A stretch of DNA of 64,000 nt. Origin: an uncultured virus (IMG/VR IMGVR_UViG_3300020519_000004). Its lineage: Duplodnaviria; Heunggongvirae; Uroviricota; Caudoviricetes. This document shows positions 10,366 through 20,391 of this stretch, piece by piece. The notes below the pieces were generated by a model. The model ran no database searches, was not told the DNA's origin, and worked only from the letters and a program-made list of their open reading frames with translations. Location of the stretch: the IMG/VR virus record IMGVR_UViG_3300020519_000004; one strand, written 5' to 3'. Each line of letters begins with the position of its first letter. The first letter of the stretch is position 1. A program made the translations under genes and the position numbers.

Positions 10366-10405
10366 CTCCTTAGTGTCGGAGGTATAGTAATAGCCTATCT
10401 GTTAA

Positions 10406-10843
10406 TTATCTCCTTGTTCTTTTCCTATTGGCAAAATAACCACCAGCTAATCCCAAACCAGCAGCAGCGGCAGCAGTTTTTTTACTAAATGAAACTAAAT
10501 CAGTTGCCGTTTCTACGCCTTTAATTATATGTGACGTTGTACTGCTGGTGGAGGTTTTTCCGGCTACGGCAGAAGCAACAGCTCTGCCACTTGAAGCCCC
10601 AGCTGCTTTTGCACTAGAAGATATAGTTGCTACAGTATCATCGATAAGACTGTCAAAATAAGAATCATCAAAATAATTAGCCGCATCTTTCAACGCATAC
10701 TCCGCAGCTTCATCTACCGGACCAGCAGCTTTACCTCTTGCCACTGCTGCTTCTATATTTTTTTGAGCTTGAGTTTGCGCTGTCCTTTGCGGAACTGGTT
10801 TACCAACAGTAAGAGTTGATTTACCTCCAGTGCTTTTTTCCAT
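10406..10843 (-). CDS. Ala/Ser-rich hypothetical protein with C-terminal hydrophobic tail
   Basis: ORF; frame remains open about 44 codons upstream of ATG. Confidence 0.5.
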   Translation of the reverse strand: MEKSTGGKSTLTVGKPVPQRTAQTQAQKNIEAAVARGKAAGPVDEAAEYALKDAANYFDDSYFDSLIDDTVATISSSAKAAGASSGRAVASAVAGKTSTSSTTSHIIKGVETATDLVSFSKKTAAAAAGLGLAGGYFANRKRTRR

Positions 10844-10961
10844 TTTTATTTCTGCTCTTAACTCAACCGTTAATGGATCAGAAGCGTTAATGATTTTGTC
10901 TTCTTCTTTTGTTAGATTATCAAAACCCTTGGCGAAAAGTCGTTTTAATTCTTCTTTTAAA

Positions 10962-11663
10962 TCACCGTCTAGTATTTACCTTTGCCTGTCGCCTGCCTAT
11001 GTCATTTAATTTTGTTTCTCTTGCTATTCGAATTTTTTCTAGTTTTATTTGAGCTTGAGTTCTTGGCGATAAAGATTCAGCTGCAGTTTCTATCACTTCT
11101 TCACCGTAGGCTGCGGCAGAATCAGCTTGCAGTCCCGATAGATATGCTAAAGAATCTTCTCCATATAATCCCGATATACTTACGGGAACTCGCATATCCA
11201 TTTCAATTTCACCAAGAGCGCCACCAAAAATTGAGTCTAGATTTAGTCCACCATAAGCGTTCATATTACTTGGAAGTTTACCTGTTTTTGAATAGTTTTT
11301 TAATATATCTATTCTTCTGGTGAGATCTAAGAATTCTTCAACCCCTTCATCTACTGAGCGAAATTGACCAGTAATTGAATCATCAATACCAAACTGATCT
11401 GGCTGCATACCACCAGGTAAAGTCCAATTTCTCCTAAGTCTACTTTTTTCAGCTTTACTTAAACCTGAAAAGAAGTCCCACTCTCCACCACGTCCACCTC
11501 TATATTTTTCTCCAGATATAGTTGTTTTTGTTTCTAATTTTGGTGGAGGACTAATAAATCCAAGTCCTTTTTCTGCAAATTGATCTTCAAGCGCAGTAGC
11601 TTCTTGGCCAGCACGTTGCCTAATGGCTGCTCTTAATTCATTAAGTTCTTTTTTTGAAGCCAT
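10962..11663 (-). CDS. Hypothetical protein
   Basis: ORF; start refined to MASKKEL after AGGA. Confidence 0.55.
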   Translation of the reverse strand: MASKKELNELRAAIRQRAGQEATALEDQFAEKGLGFISPPPKLETKTTISGEKYRGGRGGEWDFFSGLSKAEKSRLRRNWTLPGGMQPDQFGIDDSITGQFRSVDEGVEEFLDLTRRIDILKNYSKTGKLPSNMNAYGGLNLDSIFGGALGEIEMDMRVPVSISGLYGEDSLAYLSGLQADSAAAYGEEVIETAAESLSPRTQAQIKLEKIRIARETKLNDIGRRQAKVNTRR

Positions 11664-11712
11664 TTTAAATTTCCTAACCGAGTTAATAACATATGCGCAA
11701 GTTCTATATTCT

Positions 11713-11733
11713 ATATAGTAACCGTTACTATAT
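11713..11733. promoter_or_regulatory. Back-to-back TTACTAT motifs (candidate bidirectional late promoter)
   Basis: atagtaa 11715-21 and ttactat 11725-31 between divergent genes. Confidence 0.5.
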
Positions 11734-11738
11734 CCAAT

Positions 11739-12056
11739 ATGAGAGATCCGATTAGACATGGTGGGCTAAATGACCCCGGTATTGTTTCTGGTGGAATTGT
11801 ATCCAGTGGTAATTTTCGTTTAAATAAATTCCAACGCGCAACTGTTTCTGCTCCAAGAGCAAGAGATCCAAGGTTCAGGGGACCTGGTATGCGCCAGGCT
11901 AAAGTTGGAATTAAGGGACTACAGAAGGTCGAATCGGCTGGATTAGGGTCAATAGTGACCCCTCAATCGGTATCTGCAAGAGCTGGCATGAGAGCTAACT
12001 TTAGTTTTCAAAGTCTTAATTTTAACAAGAATCCAAGATACAACCCATATACTTAA
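11739..12056 (+). CDS. Basic hypothetical protein
   Basis: ORF immediately after TTACTAT motif. Confidence 0.55.
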   Translation: MRDPIRHGGLNDPGIVSGGIVSSGNFRLNKFQRATVSAPRARDPRFRGPGMRQAKVGIKGLQKVESAGLGSIVTPQSVSARAGMRANFSFQSLNFNKNPRYNPYT

Positions 12057-12210
12057 TATGAAAAAAGTTTTAAAAACCATTGAAAATATGGCTGGAAAAA
12101 TTGTACGGAAGATTACTAAGCTACATTGTATTTAATCTACTAATGCCCCGTGCTCAACAAAATCTTGAAGACTTGACTAAAGCTTATAGGAACAGTCAAA
12201 TATAAAAGCC

Positions 12211-12876
12211 TTATACTTTTGTAAAGCTTACAATTATCGAAGCTGCCTTAAAGTCTGAATCATAAGAATTTACCTTGTGGTAAACTATATCTTTTATTGT
12301 TTTATCATTTTCTAATTTTACAAACATTTGTTCAAAATTATCTTTAATAAAATGATCTTCTTTTATAGATATAACTCCAATACCTTCTGATTTTAAATAG
12401 CTTAATAAATTAACAAAATCATCTGAACCAAGATGGCCAAGGGTAAAAGTGCCGGAACTGATAAAGTAATCATAATAGTTTTGTAATAGCAACTTTGGAT
12501 TAGTTAGATCATCTGTTATTACCCAGTCGTAAACCGGTGTAAAATTTTTTCTTTGCTTTAGATAGGCTATTCTTATCATCGAAGAAGATATATCCACCCC
12601 TTCAATCCAAAGATCTTCATTAAGAGAAGACAAACTTTCTCCTAATAAACCAGTGCCACAACCTATGTCTAATATTTTATACCTTTTTTCTTTTATGTGA
12701 TTATCACGAGAAATAGTATCAAAAAATATTTTAGCTACTTGGTCAGGTAAAATGTAATTTACATCTTTTGTATAATCATCATATTCATGAGCCCAATCGT
12801 TATAAAATCTTTCTAGATCTTTAGGACTTTGATAGGAATAAACTGTATCTACATCATAGTCATTGGGTGTTTTCAT
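12211..12876 (-). CDS. Class I SAM-dependent methyltransferase
   Basis: ILDIGCGTG, GVDISSSM. Confidence 0.9.
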   Translation of the reverse strand: MKTPNDYDVDTVYSYQSPKDLERFYNDWAHEYDDYTKDVNYILPDQVAKIFFDTISRDNHIKEKRYKILDIGCGTGLLGESLSSLNEDLWIEGVDISSSMIRIAYLKQRKNFTPVYDWVITDDLTNPKLLLQNYYDYFISSGTFTLGHLGSDDFVNLLSYLKSEGIGVISIKEDHFIKDNFEQMFVKLENDKTIKDIVYHKVNSYDSDFKAASIIVSFTKV

Positions 12877-12878
12877 AC

Positions 12879-13985
12879 TTAGAATGTATGCACCCAAGCA
12901 GAGAATTCCTCGTCTGATTCTCCAAGGTTCTCAAATTCTATTGTGCCAGCTTCTTCAAACTTTCTACGCAGCCACGCACCGTTTCTATCAAGTAACCCAA
13001 GCTTACTTACGTTTGGGACAATCTTTGCGGCAAGCATCTTGCGTATCCAAGCTTGTGCTGGGTCGTTAAGTAGGAATGGAGCTATATCTTTTGTCTTGAC
13101 TCCCATTTTTTCGTATACCTCTTGTTGAAGTACTCTTTCTCCAACTTTGACACTTGCTTCATAGGCGAATTCCTGGCGCTCCATAATTTCAGCATCGGTC
13201 ATTTGAGCATATACTTCTTTTAATGTAATTACACCAAAAGAAATATGGCGAGCTTCATCTGTCATTACATTTCTAAGGAGCTGCTTTAATAAAGGTTCTT
13301 TCGTTAGTTCGCGCAAATACGCCATTGATCCAAGGCCTAGACCCTCAACCATGATCTGCATACCGAGGTATGTTATGTCCCAACGGCTGTCGGAAATTGT
13401 ATCATCCACAAGACTCTGTATGTGCCAATTAAATGGCAATGTACCACCAAGTTTTTCATTACCATACTTTGCAAATACTTCAACATGTCGAGCTTCATCT
13501 ACGACCTGAGTTGCTGCGTATAGTTTTCCGTCATACCATGGACAAGTCATTACTTGTTTAGAAGCGCATAATAATGCTGCTTGCTCTCCATGAATAAACT
13601 GAGAGATTAACCACTTCCTACTTTCAAGACCAAACTCAATCCATTCTTTTCTACCCCATTTTTCAAGTGGACTACCTACATAAACCGATAGATCTCTACT
13701 GGCACCAAATCTAGCATAATCTTCTAATAGCGTTTTTTCTTGATCAACAGGAATGGACCAGTCTAAAGCTGTTTCTCCATTCCATTGATTATTCTTAGCT
13801 TTTTCATAAAGCTTTCTCAACTGAGTGTGTACGAGTGAATAGTCCCAGGTTAGCAATGCATCAAAATTTGTTTTAACCACATGATTTACAGCGTTAAAAT
13901 CTACATCCGGGGCATTCATTATCGGATCCATATCCTTGATTTTTATATTTCCAATAAATTCTTTATAGGTTTCTTCTGTAATCAT
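12879..13985 (-). CDS. Ferritin-like diiron protein (AurF-like)
   Basis: HGEQ, DEARH twice, VEG diiron ligands. Confidence 0.85.
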   Translation of the reverse strand: MITEETYKEFIGNIKIKDMDPIMNAPDVDFNAVNHVVKTNFDALLTWDYSLVHTQLRKLYEKAKNNQWNGETALDWSIPVDQEKTLLEDYARFGASRDLSVYVGSPLEKWGRKEWIEFGLESRKWLISQFIHGEQAALLCASKQVMTCPWYDGKLYAATQVVDEARHVEVFAKYGNEKLGGTLPFNWHIQSLVDDTISDSRWDITYLGMQIMVEGLGLGSMAYLRELTKEPLLKQLLRNVMTDEARHISFGVITLKEVYAQMTDAEIMERQEFAYEASVKVGERVLQQEVYEKMGVKTKDIAPFLLNDPAQAWIRKMLAAKIVPNVSKLGLLDRNGAWLRRKFEEAGTIEFENLGESDEEFSAWVHTF

Positions 13986-14052
13986 CGTATTCTCCTTGAA
14001 AATAATCTTATTTAAATATACATAATCTATAGTAGTGTTCTTTTACTATGAG

Positions 14053-14664
14053 CTAATCCTTCAATGTAATTTTAGGAACTTCGTATTCTGACCAATCTGG
14101 ACTTATTGTTAAATTCTCTTTTAATGGCCTAAGGTTAGCGCTAATAACTATTCTTTTTTCATCGCTATAATGACGATTTGTCATATGGGGTATAAAAGAA
14201 TTAAACAATGTTAACATTCCGGTTTGAGGTTTTATGGAAGTTGCATTTTCTACTGTATTACAATATTGTGTCAAAAATATTAATTCCGCACTTCCGGATG
14301 GAGCATTTACGTAATATGATATTGAATAGTAATCCAGTGGAAATAATTGAGTATTAACCTTATGAGTGTGACAGACTACAGATTGTCCACGCTCAAGGGT
14401 AAGTGTCCAAGCCGAATCTATAACCATCTCTTTTGCAAGTATGACATTAACTGTTTCGGTAATTTTCTTTAATAGTTTAGCGCATTCTGGCTTTTCATAT
14501 GGGTAGTACTTATCTTCATAAAAAGTGTGAGCCGGATGAGGATTTTTTATATCTGGAACTTGACCTGAAAATTGTTCTATTTCTTTTGCGACTAACTCAT
14601 TATCTATTCCGTCAATGAAGCATGTGTGAGCATCTAATAAAATTAGATTAATTTGTTCACTCAT
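14053..14664 (-). CDS. 2OG-Fe(II) oxygenase-like protein
   Basis: HTH (HxH), FNSFIPH, RIVISAN. Confidence 0.75.
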   Translation of the reverse strand: MSEQINLILLDAHTCFIDGIDNELVAKEIEQFSGQVPDIKNPHPAHTFYEDKYYPYEKPECAKLLKKITETVNVILAKEMVIDSAWTLTLERGQSVVCHTHKVNTQLFPLDYYSISYYVNAPSGSAELIFLTQYCNTVENATSIKPQTGMLTLFNSFIPHMTNRHYSDEKRIVISANLRPLKENLTISPDWSEYEVPKITLKD

Positions 14665-14667
14665 ATT

Positions 14668-15408
14668 TTACTGCTTAACTACTATTGTTAAACCAAAAAA
14701 AAGTGGGACGTGATACATTCTACAGTCTTTTCTTAATTTTATTTCCTCATGATACGCAGCTGTGGGTGAGGCAACAGTGTCATTTTGATATAGAAATATG
14801 CTGTCCGAAGAATTTTGTATAATTAAAATACCATTAGTATTTAATCTATCTAGGTAAAAATCTGGACCAACAAATGGGTTCTCCATTTCCTGTGACCATC
14901 CTATGATCATATCAAACATGTGGACATTGCAATTATCTTTTTCTAAATCTTGATGACTAATGACTTCATGTTCTATGGGAGCATATTTTTCTTGGAATTT
15001 TTTATACAGAGATGTTTTTTTATTATTCAACATATATATTTTAGAACCATAAATATCTTGAAATGGCTTTAGCTTATACGTATCTAATCCACCAGATATA
15101 CCTAATATGCTTTTTGGTTTACACACATCCGCTAAAAGCTGAGTTACCAATAACGGCATCCATTGAGCTTGGCCATAAGAATCAGCTAGATTGGGTCTTG
15201 CATAATGAATAACAAATTCATAATCACTTGCACCACCAGTAGCTATATTTCTTTTGTCTACTTTAATAATGTTCCATAAATAATTAGCAATAGCCACAGA
15301 CTGCAAACCATCATCTTTTGATGCTTGGGTTGTAAACTTTCTCCAGTCGTATGCCCAATTAGTAAAATCAAAAGATTTTTTAGTTTCATATCTGTTATCA
15401 TTTGTCAT
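14668..15408 (-). CDS. Methyltransferase-fold-like hypothetical protein
   Basis: KPKSILGI, FDMII, LNTNGILII pattern. Confidence 0.4.
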   Translation of the reverse strand: MTNDNRYETKKSFDFTNWAYDWRKFTTQASKDDGLQSVAIANYLWNIIKVDKRNIATGGASDYEFVIHYARPNLADSYGQAQWMPLLVTQLLADVCKPKSILGISGGLDTYKLKPFQDIYGSKIYMLNNKKTSLYKKFQEKYAPIEHEVISHQDLEKDNCNVHMFDMIIGWSQEMENPFVGPDFYLDRLNTNGILIIQNSSDSIFLYQNDTVASPTAAYHEEIKLRKDCRMYHVPLFFGLTIVVKQ

Positions 15409-15682
15409 TTTTTACCTCGTATAGTGCATACTGTATGCTGAACCAGCATCTTCTTATACCCCTGCATAAAACAATATTTTGTTTTTTTATATATTCTTGC
15501 GCGGCAATGTTGTAATCCGGGTTACTGTGCTTGTAGATGTATCTAGATCTAACTAAATTTATAGCTTCATCTATTGAAAAATCATTAAATTTATCTTCAT
15601 CTATTCCAAGGATATATAAGAACGATGCTAAATGTTGAGAATTTATTTGTAAATCTTCTAAAGAATTATAACTACTCTTCAT
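15398..15682 (-). CDS. Hypothetical protein
   Basis: ORF in coupled run; start refined. Confidence 0.5.
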   Translation of the reverse strand: MKSSYNSLEDLQINSQHLASFLYILGIDEDKFNDFSIDEAINLVRSRYIYKHSNPDYNIAAQEYIKKQNIVLCRGIRRCWFSIQYALYEVKNDK

Positions 15683-15887
15683 CTTTGTCATCGGTTTCTT
15701 CTTCTTTATACATCGCAACTCCCTGACACATACTAACTGGCTTTCCCGCGACATAGTATATGCCAGTGGCGGAATCCCAATCCATTGTTTCATTGTCCCA
15801 ATCTGGAACATCTGTTATAGATTCACCTTGTCTTTTGGTTACATCTAATTCATTATTTAATTCGTTTGATTCGCCAATGCTACTCAT
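15672..15887 (-). CDS. Hypothetical acidic protein
   Basis: ATGA-coupled ORF. Confidence 0.55.
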   Translation of the reverse strand: MSSIGESNELNNELDVTKRQGESITDVPDWDNETMDWDSATGIYYVAGKPVSMCQGVAMYKEEETDDKDEE

Positions 15888-16099
15888 GATTGAAGCAGCT
15901 TTCTATACGAAATTATTTCTTCAATTAAACAACTAAAAGCCTGATATTGAGGAGTTGATTCATTAAAAGGATTTTTAGAATTTTCATTTAAAATTGTATA
16001 ATCTACATTTAATAGTGAGCTTAGTATATCTATAGATTTAGCCAAAAACATTTTTGCTTCATTTTTTGCTTTAGCTTTGTCGTATTGTCCTAGTTCCAT
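15884..16099 (-). CDS. Hypothetical protein
   Basis: GAGG SD, TGCTACAAT extended -10 upstream. Confidence 0.6.
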   Translation of the reverse strand: MELGQYDKAKAKNEAKMFLAKSIDILSSLLNVDYTILNENSKNPFNESTPQYQAFSCLIEEIISYRKLLQS

Positions 16100-16147
16100 T
16101 TTTTACCTCTATATTCTTTCCTTGTCTTATTGTAGCACAAAAATAGT

Positions 16148-16420
16148 CTACCACTGCCAGTTTAATGGACTAGTAAAAACATTGTACTCTGGATTAAAAA
16201 TATCTCCTACATTTGGATATTTTCCGCGAATATTATTTTCATAATCATAACAACGCTTAAAGCGTACATTGGGATGATTTAATTGATTGGTATAATATTT
16301 TTCCCAATCTTCAATTGAGCCTAACAATGTTGTTGCATCGGTATCATTTAGATTTTCTTCACAGTCTTCTAAGACCAAAATAACAACATTCATTTTATTT
16401 ATTAAAGCGTAACTTGTCAT
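16148..16420 (-). CDS. Phage hypothetical protein (leaderless)
   Basis: TGATATAAT 7 nt before ATG. Confidence 0.6.
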   Translation of the reverse strand: MTSYALINKMNVVILVLEDCEENLNDTDATTLLGSIEDWEKYYTNQLNHPNVRFKRCYDYENNIRGKYPNVGDIFNPEYNVFTSPLNWQW

Positions 16421-16453
16421 AAATATAATTATATCACACTGCTCAAATAAGTC

Positions 16454-17206
16454 TTAGTATTGTGAATCTATTTTGTTCACTTCATTTATTAATTTTCTTT
16501 CTTTTGGCCATCTATTCATCAGCTCCTTGGATTTTGAAAAAAATCCTTGAGAGACGAATCTATCTCCGCTTAAGATCGGAAGCACTTCATGCGCGGCATC
16601 TTCATTACCCACATCAGACCATATAAGAAGAGAATTTGCTAAAGGTTTAAAATTAAAACCAGTTACTGGCATATTAAAATTACCACCTTCATAATCATCG
16701 TTTATATAATAAACAGAAGAAAAATCCGTTCCTGCATTTTTTTCAACTAAAATTGTTCCATCACAGTGGAGCTTCATACTGCTCCCGGCTCCAGCATGAG
16801 CTAACCATGGTTCAGTTTCTCGATATACAACATCTCCCCATACATCAAGAATTATTTCTTCAGTTTTTTTCTGGATATTATCCAGAACATCATAGACTTG
16901 ACCATAAGTAGGTATAGCCATAGATATTTTATAGTTGTCACCATGCCTAGTATCATTTGGATATGGTTCTTCTATTTGACCGCTATTAAATAATATATAC
17001 TCTTCTTCTGTCATTAAAAACGAACGTTTAAATTTTAAGTTTGGATCCTTAGAGTGGGTGTATTCTTTCCATCTAATTGGCCCTCCATACCCAACAAACT
17101 CAAAGTTATCTTTGTTTTCTCTACAATATTTATCTACTATTTTTCTTTCGTCATCTGGAAGAAAATTTTTAAATATAGTTATAATTGGAGTATATTCTTT
17201 TTTCAT
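16454..17206 (-). CDS. 2OG-Fe(II) oxygenase (prolyl-hydroxylase-like)
   Basis: HCD, YINDDYEGG, HEV, R. Confidence 0.85.
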   Translation of the reverse strand: MKKEYTPIITIFKNFLPDDERKIVDKYCRENKDNFEFVGYGGPIRWKEYTHSKDPNLKFKRSFLMTEEEYILFNSGQIEEPYPNDTRHGDNYKISMAIPTYGQVYDVLDNIQKKTEEIILDVWGDVVYRETEPWLAHAGAGSSMKLHCDGTILVEKNAGTDFSSVYYINDDYEGGNFNMPVTGFNFKPLANSLLIWSDVGNEDAAHEVLPILSGDRFVSQGFFSKSKELMNRWPKERKLINEVNKIDSQY

Positions 17207-17220
17207 ATTTTATTTATCCT

Positions 17221-17913
17221 TTAAATTATTGAAAAAAATCCTTGAGAAACAAATCTATCTCCACTTAAAACAGGGAGTACTTCGTGCGCCATGTTTTCAT
17301 CACCAGAGTTGGACCATACAACAAGAGAATTTGCTAAAGGCTTAAGATTAAAACCCATCATTGGCATATTAAAATTCCCGCCCTCATAATCATCATTTAC
17401 ATAATAAACTACAGAAAAGTCTGTTGATGCGTCCCTGTTGGCTATAAAAGTTCCATCACAATGTAACTTCATGTGATCTCCAATTGAAGAATGAGTTAAC
17501 CATGGACCACTTTCCCTAAATGTTTTATGTCCATATGTGTTTAAAATTATTTCTTCAGTTTGCTCAAGCATGCGTGTTAAGGTTTCGTATATCAGGCCAT
17601 GCGTAGGTATATCCATGTACATCTTGTAATTGTCACCATGCTTGCTATCTTCAGGATAAGGTTCTTCTATCTCACCATTAGTAAATAAAGAATACTCTTC
17701 TTCTGTCATTAGGAACGAGCGTTTAAATTTTAAGTTTGGATCCTTTGAATGCTCGTACTCTTTCCATCTAACTGGAGATCCGTATCCAACAAACTCAAAA
17801 TTATCCTTGTTTTCTTTACAGTATTTGTCTACGATTTTCCAATCATTTTCTGGAAGGAAGTCTGTAAAAATAGATATTCTGGGTTCATGTGTTTTTTTCA
17901 TATCACTTATCAT
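17221..17913 (-). CDS. 2OG-Fe(II) oxygenase, tandem paralog of previous
   Basis: HCD, YVNDDYEGG, HEV; near-identical blocks with 16454..17206. Confidence 0.85.
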   Translation of the reverse strand: MISDMKKTHEPRISIFTDFLPENDWKIVDKYCKENKDNFEFVGYGSPVRWKEYEHSKDPNLKFKRSFLMTEEEYSLFTNGEIEEPYPEDSKHGDNYKMYMDIPTHGLIYETLTRMLEQTEEIILNTYGHKTFRESGPWLTHSSIGDHMKLHCDGTFIANRDASTDFSVVYYVNDDYEGGNFNMPMMGFNLKPLANSLVVWSNSGDENMAHEVLPVLSGDRFVSQGFFSII

Positions 17914-18778
17914 AAGTATATCTTAGATCTGGTCTTGCTTCTTCGAATGGTACCACTTTATCATCAACGATGTAAAGCATATTATGAGCATTTTCACGCT
18001 CTACACGTTCTTGCTCCATCTTGCCCCACTTATGAGCGCCATGCATTCTTTGATTTTGAAGCCATTCTTCTGTTCCGTTAAAATTATAAACAATAAAATT
18101 TCTTACAAAAAATTTATTTCCTTTTGTGATTGCTCTAACTCCATGGTAATAAGGTTCTGTTGACGGGAATATTAAGATATCTCCAGCTTTTGGTTTATGA
18201 TTATAATATTTTCCGTCTATATAAAAACAAATATCTCCACCATCATAGTCGTCATTTAAATATGTTGTGCAAGTTAAAAAAAACTTATTTCCTGGCATAT
18301 CTTTTTCAGATATTATAAAATCAGTATGAAATTGCATTGTTAATTTATTGTTCATTATATCTATTTGTTCGTCATATTTTGAAAATGACGAAGTCATTAA
18401 AGAAGATCCTTCTGGAAGTTTAATTTGGTGACGAGTAATGTAGTCACTTATTGCAGCACTGTAAGCTGCATACACTCTTTCGCTTAGATGTTTTTCTTCG
18501 TCGTATCTTTGACCACTTTGTGCTTCCTCAAGCTCATGTTTTTCTTGAGTATAGGTTCCAAATACTGACCACTTATCCCATTTTCTTAGATGAAATCTTC
18601 CATTAGCATCAGCGTCTGACTGTTTCATTATTTGATACAGTTCATATGCGTCTGGTAAAAGACCAGTATAAACATCTACCATGGGATAAAGTTCATTGTA
18701 AGATAAATCCATTGTATTATTTCCTTCCATTGTATTGTTTTCCCTTGAAAGTGAACAAGGTATATATTCAGAATCCAT
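17903..18778 (-). CDS. 2OG-Fe(II) oxygenase
   Basis: HTD, YLNDDYDGG, HGV. Confidence 0.85.
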   Translation of the reverse strand: MDSEYIPCSLSRENNTMEGNNTMDLSYNELYPMVDVYTGLLPDAYELYQIMKQSDADANGRFHLRKWDKWSVFGTYTQEKHELEEAQSGQRYDEEKHLSERVYAAYSAAISDYITRHQIKLPEGSSLMTSSFSKYDEQIDIMNNKLTMQFHTDFIISEKDMPGNKFFLTCTTYLNDDYDGGDICFYIDGKYYNHKPKAGDILIFPSTEPYYHGVRAITKGNKFFVRNFIVYNFNGTEEWLQNQRMHGAHKWGKMEQERVERENAHNMLYIVDDKVVPFEEARPDLRYTYDK

Positions 18779-18918
18779 AAAATCGTCTCCTTTAAGATGT
18801 ATATATTTAAAAAAAATCAGTCGTCATCCTCAACTCCGTCTATCTCCACAAAGTGGATTAGAAGGAATTGGAGTGCGACATGGGCAGGGGTTATTTCTTC
18901 TTCCGATTACAGTCATGG

Positions 18919-19125
18919 TTATTCTTTGTGAGAGTAGTCCATAGAGTTTACATAATCTTTCATTACTCTTTTATAGAATCTAAGATCTACATTTCCAGTA
19001 GCAAACATATCAACTAAATCTTTAAAGTCTTCAAGCAAATGCTTTTGTTTAGTAAGTTTACTATTGAGTACAATGTTTTCCATTTTTAAATGATCAACCG
19101 TATGTTTATCTGTAATTGTTTCCAT
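18919..19125 (-). CDS. Hypothetical protein
   Basis: Coupled ORF. Confidence 0.5.
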   Translation of the reverse strand: METITDKHTVDHLKMENIVLNSKLTKQKHLLEDFKDLVDMFATGNVDLRFYKRVMKDYVNSMDYSHKE

Positions 19126-19310
19126 TAGTATTCAATACCTTTGAGCTTTAATAATTCTTTTTGAAGTTCATTATTCTTATCTCTAAGAGACTTTATCTCA
19201 ACAGCTGCATCATAAAAAAGATTAGCATAAACCATAACTCCATCCTTTTTACCCTTAGCTATTTCAGCTAAAGCAACTAGTGCTTCTAGTATATCATCAT
19301 TTTTTTGCAA
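19125..19310 (-). CDS. Hypothetical coiled-coil protein
   Basis: Coupled ORF. Confidence 0.5.
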   Translation of the reverse strand: MQKNDDILEALVALAEIAKGKKDGVMVYANLFYDAAVEIKSLRDKNNELQKELLKLKGIEY

Positions 19311-19959
19311 CTTTTTTACGCGGCCTTCCTACTGTAGGCTTACCTGCAGAATCAGTTTCCTGTACAAACCAATGATAAGGAAATCCGGTATGTGGATCAA
19401 ATCTTGCTGCAACAGCAATTGCCTTAGTTGCAATTAACTTTGCATGAGCTGTAGTCATTTTCTTTTTACCGACAAGAGCCTGTAATGCACCGAGAGCATA
19501 CGAACTACCACTACCCAATGCATAGATTCCACTAGCATCAGAAGCCCAACTGTAATCACCATCAACTACATAAATAGAACCATGTATGGAAACTAAAATC
19601 ATAGAATCATGTTCGGCAATATGCTTCTTATCTTCGTTGCTGTCCGGCAAAGCGTACCCCTGCTGTTCAAAGCATTCACGTAGTGCGGGAATAAACTTAG
19701 CGGTTATAAACTCATCTAGTTTTTTTCCTCGAAGATTAGGAGGTGGAGTTGGCGGCTGAAAAACGTGATGTAAAATATTGATTGCACGCATATCTCCAGC
19801 GGCTCCTAATAAATACTTACCATTAACAGCAACTTTGCAGTTACCTTCTTTTAAGGTAAAGATTTGAGAGATATATCCAGAATTATCTATATCAGATATT
19901 CGTGAATCCACACACACTGCTGAGAAACCATCGCCCTGAATAGCAATAATAGTTGTCAT
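19297..19959 (-). CDS. Proteasome beta/HslV-like Ntn hydrolase
   Basis: N-terminal MTT, DSR, K...LLGAAGD, ALGSG, D..TG. Confidence 0.85.
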   Translation of the reverse strand: MTTIIAIQGDGFSAVCVDSRISDIDNSGYISQIFTLKEGNCKVAVNGKYLLGAAGDMRAINILHHVFQPPTPPPNLRGKKLDEFITAKFIPALRECFEQQGYALPDSNEDKKHIAEHDSMILVSIHGSIYVVDGDYSWASDASGIYALGSGSSYALGALQALVGKKKMTTAHAKLIATKAIAVAARFDPHTGFPYHWFVQETDSAGKPTVGRPRKKVAKK

Positions 19960-20163
19960 ACGGATCCCTCTAAAATGTATTTAAGATAAGAAAGTAAGTA
20001 TAGCAGATATTACAGGATTGGAGCAAGCGCTTTAATTAAGTATTTAAAAGAAGGCCAAGTTCTTTTAATAAAACTAATAATTAAATTAACTGTTTTCATA
20101 TTTATCCTATTCTTTTAAATGATTTAATTTAGTTTTTAAATAGAATAAATATATTAATTTAAA

Positions 20164-20391
20164 TTACATTCTCCATAATGAAGGAGAGTGATTTTCTTCC
20201 ACTTCTTTTTTATCATCTATGTCTTCATATAACCTAACTATATGAATGCAAGGATCGCCCTCATATAACTCTTCGTCTTCTTTAAAAGTGGTAGGAAGTC
20301 CATCGTGAGTATAGCAAACTGCTGGTCCACACCATCCTCTATTAATCCCAATCTTTATCCACTCATCAAAATAGATTTCTTCTGGATTCAT
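20164..20391 (-). CDS. Phage hypothetical protein
   Basis: ORF, CYTHDG...DPCIH. Confidence 0.6.
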   Translation of the reverse strand: MNPEEIYFDEWIKIGINRGWCGPAVCYTHDGLPTTFKEDEELYEGDPCIHIVRLYEDIDDKKEVEENHSPSLWRM

